Origin: Octopus vulgaris
Taxonomy: Eukaryota
Assembly (NCBI GenBank): GCA_951406725.2
Contig: OX597823.1
Span: 1,674,001 to 1,738,000 of the forward strand
Length of the DNA stretch: 64,000 bases
Reading direction: 5' to 3'
Shown here: one piece after another, positions 59,676-64,000 of the stretch
How positions within the stretch are numbered: position 1 is the first letter of the stretch
Layout: the number at the start of each line of letters is the position of its first letter
Made by a program: the position numbers and the translations under genes
Notes under the pieces: generated by a model
The model's database searches: none
What the model saw: the letters and a program-made list of their open reading frames with translations, nothing else
Told to the model about the DNA's origin: nothing

Positions 59676-60423
59676 CAATAGTCTTATTTTTATCACGTGC
59701 TTTCACTTCACTACCGAACGCAGCTCTGTGTGCCTTGGGTATGTGCTGTGATTTGTTGTGATGCTCTGATGGTTATTGTATTGAAATTGTTTTGCGTAGG
59801 ATGTGTGCAGTGCCTAGTAGTGCAATTTTCTGTGTGTTATATGTGTTTGTAAGTCCTGGTGTTTTTGTTATGTATTTGTCTGAATATGTTTTATCATGCC
59901 TAATGCACCTAATATGATAGGAATTGTTTCTGTTTTTAGATTTCCACATTCTGGTTACCTCTATTTCCAGGTCTTTGTATTTTGTTAGTTTCCCCGTTTC
60001 TTTTACAGATACATTGTCATCTGTTTGGTATCGATACATCGATTAGAAGGCATTTTTCCTGGGTAATCTCTGACAACTATATCCAGTCTATTATCCATGA
60101 TTTCTCTATCTGTGAGTATTGGTATATCCCAGGGTATGGTTGCTTTCTCATTTTCTGTGACCTTTTCTGGTGTGTGTCTATACCATCTTTTTTCTGTTGT
60201 TATTCCATAGTGTTGGCATAGCTTCCAGTGTATGTAGCTCCCAACTCTGTCGTGTCTGTGAATATATTCCTTCTTAGCCAGGACTGGGCAGCCAGAGATA
60301 ATATGATTTATTGTTTCTTGTCCATCTCTACATATTCTGCAGTTTTAATACTTGTATTCTTTCATTGTATTTTTGGTAGTTTCTGGTGGGAAGGCTTTGA
60401 TCTTTAGCTGCAATTAAAAATCC
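59676..60423 (-). mobile_element. R4/Dong-type family B 3' fragment
   Basis: Homologous to 51770-52506; KYKDLEIEVTRMW. Confidence 0.9.
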
Positions 60424-60440
60424 TATTACTATTATTATTT

Positions 60441-61470
60441 CATAAAAACTCACAGCTTATGTTGCTGGGTATGATGGAAAGCTGGGTAAAACAGAGACTG
60501 AGAGGTAGCATTTGGAAAATGGAATGTCTTCACGCGTTCATAGGCCGCAGACAATCGGACAGCTCGATAGGTGGAACGTCCACTTTAGCATTTCATAGAG
60601 GATGGGAAAGTGAGACGACGTTCTTGGGGAGTCGAAGAAGATCAGATAGTCGCTCTTTTCCGGAGAACTTTCGAACCGGCATAGATGGATAATTTCCAAA
60701 AATCTCTGACCTGACAGAGCTACTGGGTAGCTTTGCCTGTTCGGGATAAACTTTACAGGCACGGAAGTGCCGTCAGCCGAGCACGTCCGAGATGCACGCA
60801 GGACGACGAGAAGGTCCTGCATGCAGTCGTCCATTGCCCGAGCATTGCTGTCCTCTGGGTTTATGTCGAACACCTGCTGTCGCGTGTGGGACGGATCCGG
60901 CTGTCAACTGAATCCATTGCGAAGATCACCCTGCCGCCTTCCCTTAGCCGGGAAGGAAAGGCTGTTTTTATATGTCCGGTAGCCATGGCGAAAGAGGTTG
61001 TATGGTGGACGAGATTGAAGGCGCTGAAGACAAACACTTTTCTCTTTGGCCAATCCCTGTTGAACTTCTTCAGGTTTGAAAAGGAAAATAAAGGTCGAGA
61101 GGGAAGTGTTGTCTTCTAACCAGTTTGCTGAAAGGTGGATGAAAGTGGAGAGAATGGTGCGAGTGAACAGGCCTGACCTGAGCATTCACCTATAGTTGGA
61201 AAAAAGGAAAGGAAAAGTCAGGGTACCCATGGTCTTTATGGGGTTTTTTCATGAGCATCCGTCGAACGTCTTCTCCCTATTGAGGATCACACATTGTTGA
61301 TTTCCGTTCTTCTTTCTTTCTTTCTTTAAAAATTTTGTTAAACTTGTTTACACGCGAAATGCTTGCAACACACACACACACATACACACTCATTCTTTGT
61401 TTTGTCCTGACCTGTCAATAATGTTTTTCTTAATATAAACCCTTGTGGTTAATAAAGAAATTATTATATA
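60441..61470 (+). mobile_element. L1/Tx1-like LINE 3' end
   Basis: LPVRDKL...PRC...EKVLHAVVHCP (decayed post-RT CCHC), T-rich 3' UTR, AATAAA at 61451. Confidence 0.7.
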
Positions 61471-61472
61471 TA

Positions 61473-61876
61473 TTTGGTTTTGCACACGGTATTGTTCTAG
61501 AGAATGACTAAGTAAATTAAAAGTTTGTTTTAAAAGTAATTTGATTAGAAGATGATTGTCTGATGTTAAGATGACAGTAAAAGATGTTTTCTATTCTGTA
61601 TATTTAAAAGTATTCTGACACTGTTTACGGATTAAGATGTTTGGGGGATTACATGGACAATATTTTACGTAGGATATGAGCAGTTCCATGAGCACTATTT
61701 ATTGAGTTTCTTCCATTTGAGGATTTCCGGATATCTGAGCTAGGTAGCAATCAGCCCCTTTTGCTATCATTCCTAGGGCACCTATGACAACAGGTATTGT
61801 TTTAGTCTTGATTTTCCACACTTTGCCAATTTCTATTTCAAGATGGTTCAGATCCACGTCTTTGTAAATTACCCAG

Positions 61877-61930
<54 letters not shown>

Positions 61931-62130
61931 GCTGCTCTATCATGCCTGTTGAGATACTCTGTAGGCTCAAGAAGACTGCACATGGAGACAACATGATCAA
62001 TGGTTTCATTTTATATACACGACATGTTGGGCTACTGCCGTTCTTTAATATGTTGGCCTGGTAGCTCTTTATAGATAGGCATCGATCTTCGGCTGCTATG
62101 ATAAACCCTTCTTTTTCTGAAGGGTTTATC
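61473..62130 (-). mobile_element. R4/Dong-type family C fragment
   Basis: EGFIIAAED, EYLNRHD, TIPVVIGALG. Confidence 0.85.
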
Positions 62131-62139
62131 ATAGATGTA

Positions 62140-64000
62140 CTAACGCTGGAGATGTACTACAGTGTCAGCTGTTCGCTACCAGTGAACTAAGGTAACACCT
62201 CTTATTTTGCGAGCACCTTCCGGAGTATTCGAGCGGTTCCAAGCAGTGCTGTTTTCTGCAAGTGTTCCACCCTTATTGCAGTCCCTATTTGTTCCACGTA
62301 CTTCTCGAGATTTTTGCTCACTGTACCCAGGGCTCCAACAATTATTGGTACTACTGCTACCTTTCTCATCGACCACAACTGCTTAACTTCCCAAGCTAAC
62401 CTGTCATATCTCTCGACTTTTCTTTCTTCCTTAACGCATACCTTGTTGTCAGCTGGGCATGCAATATCTATGATAGTTTGTTTTCTTTCTTAATTAAGAC
62501 TATGTCTGGCTTCCTATTCTCTATCTCATGGTCACACTGAATCATAAAATCCCATAGGATCTCTACATTTCTATTTTCTAGGATGCCTTCAGGTTAGTGG
62601 TCGTACGAATTTTTTGCTCTTTCAAGTCCATACTTGTTGCAGAGTGTCCAATGGACAAGCCTGGCTATATTGTCGTGGTGTCTCTTATATTCCTTCTGGG
62701 TTTGTGGCGTACATTGGCTGCTAATATGCCATACGGTTTCACTGTTTTGGCCACAGATTCTACACTTATCACTTTCTGCTGTGTTGTCTATTCTGTATTT
62801 GATGTAATTTGTTCTTAGTGCTTGCTTTGGGGCAGCACAGATTAGAGCCTCCGTTTCCGGTTTTAAATCCATTTTAGTCATCCACAACCATCTTTTTTCT
62901 CTGTCTGTCTTATCTTCAACATCCCTATGAAATTGACCATGCATTCTTTTCTTTACCCACCTATTTTCAGTTTCATTCGTTTTCAATTTCTTGTACAGTA
63001 CTTTATCTTTGCTATCTTTCATCCTACCCAAGCCTGACCTTCCTACTTCTAATAATAGCGGTTCTGTGGCATTTTTTAAATACCATGCTATGTTGTCTTC
63101 TTCTGCTCTAATGCTGTGTTCGCATCCAATAAGTCCTCTTCCCCCTCTTTTTCTTGGTACATATAGTCTCTCTGTGTCACTTTTTGGGTGGAGTGACCCA
63201 TATCTAGTTAGCAACTTCCTTATCTTTCTGTCTAAGCTGTTTAGTTCGTCTACTGTCCATGCGATTATCCCTGCTCCATATCTAAGGAGTGAAACCGCCC
63301 AGGTATTGATAGCTTCGATCTTATTCCATCCGTTTAATTTCGACTTAAGGATCAATCTCAGTCTGCGTAAGTACACCTCCTTAAATTTTCTGTCATTTCT
63401 TTCTCCATTAATTTATCCATTTTCAAAACCCCCAAGTACTTCTAAGCCGATCACTTCTATTTGCTTCATAACCTCCATCGACGGTATCGATAGCCCGTCC
63501 ATACATTTGATTTTACCTCTCTTCAAGACTAATACACCACACTTTCTCAGTCCAAACTCCATTCTGATATCAGCACTGAAGGTATACACCGTATCAACGA
63601 GGGAACTGACTTGGGCTTCATCTTTACCATAAAGTCTGAGGTCATCCATGAATAACAAATGGTTGACTTTTTCTTGGCGGCTTTTGAATACATACCCAGC
63701 TTTTGCTTTCCTCAGAATCAGTGTTAGTGGTATCAAGCACAGTACAAAGATCAGTGGGGACAGGCAGTCCCCTTGGAAGATGCCCCTCCTGATTTCTACT
63801 GTCCCTAAACTTCTTCCGTATGCTGTCAGGTCCGTCCTCCAATTCGCCATACTTTTTCCAAGCAATCGCTCAACATTCGATGCAATACCAAATAGGTTCA
63901 TACATTCCATAATCCATGAATGTGGGATCATATCGTACACCTTACGATCGTCGATCCATGACATGGCTAAGTTACTTTTCCTCCTCTTGCAGTCTCTAAG
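62140..64000 (-). mobile_element. R4/Dong-type family A LINE (RT, CCHC, REL), continuing beyond the window
   Basis: RRGIFQGDCLSPLIF, LLFMDDLRL, RGGRGL, CRICG..ETVWH, VVPIIVGALG. Confidence 0.93.

Overview
AT-rich eukaryotic DNA, saturated with microsatellites, in which I could not support any host protein-coding exon. The SINE sequences and the (TA)n/(AAT)n/(GATA)n load suggest an octopod cephalopod such as Octopus (inference from recognition, not a search). The window is mostly transposable-element remnants: two hAT transposase relics, a mariner relic, a near-complete DD37D (maT-type) Tc1/mariner element with an adjacent MITE, three RTE-clade LINE pieces, an L1/Tx1-like 3' end, many R4/Dong-type REL-endonuclease LINE fragments stacked in (TAA)n tracts (all on the minus strand), tRNA-derived SINEs, non-autonomous Helitrons, a candidate solo LTR and a Penelope GIY-YIG remnant. 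The most notable signal, invisible in the ORF track, is a set of seven minimal type-I hammerhead-ribozyme motifs (two canonical, four with variant cores, one decayed) from about six sequence families, plus one weaker remnant. All have self-complementary helix III, and several sit in inverted-repeat structures typical of Penelope-like pseudo-LTRs. Most listed ORFs are microsatellite artefacts. All structures were read by eye and element boundaries are approximate.
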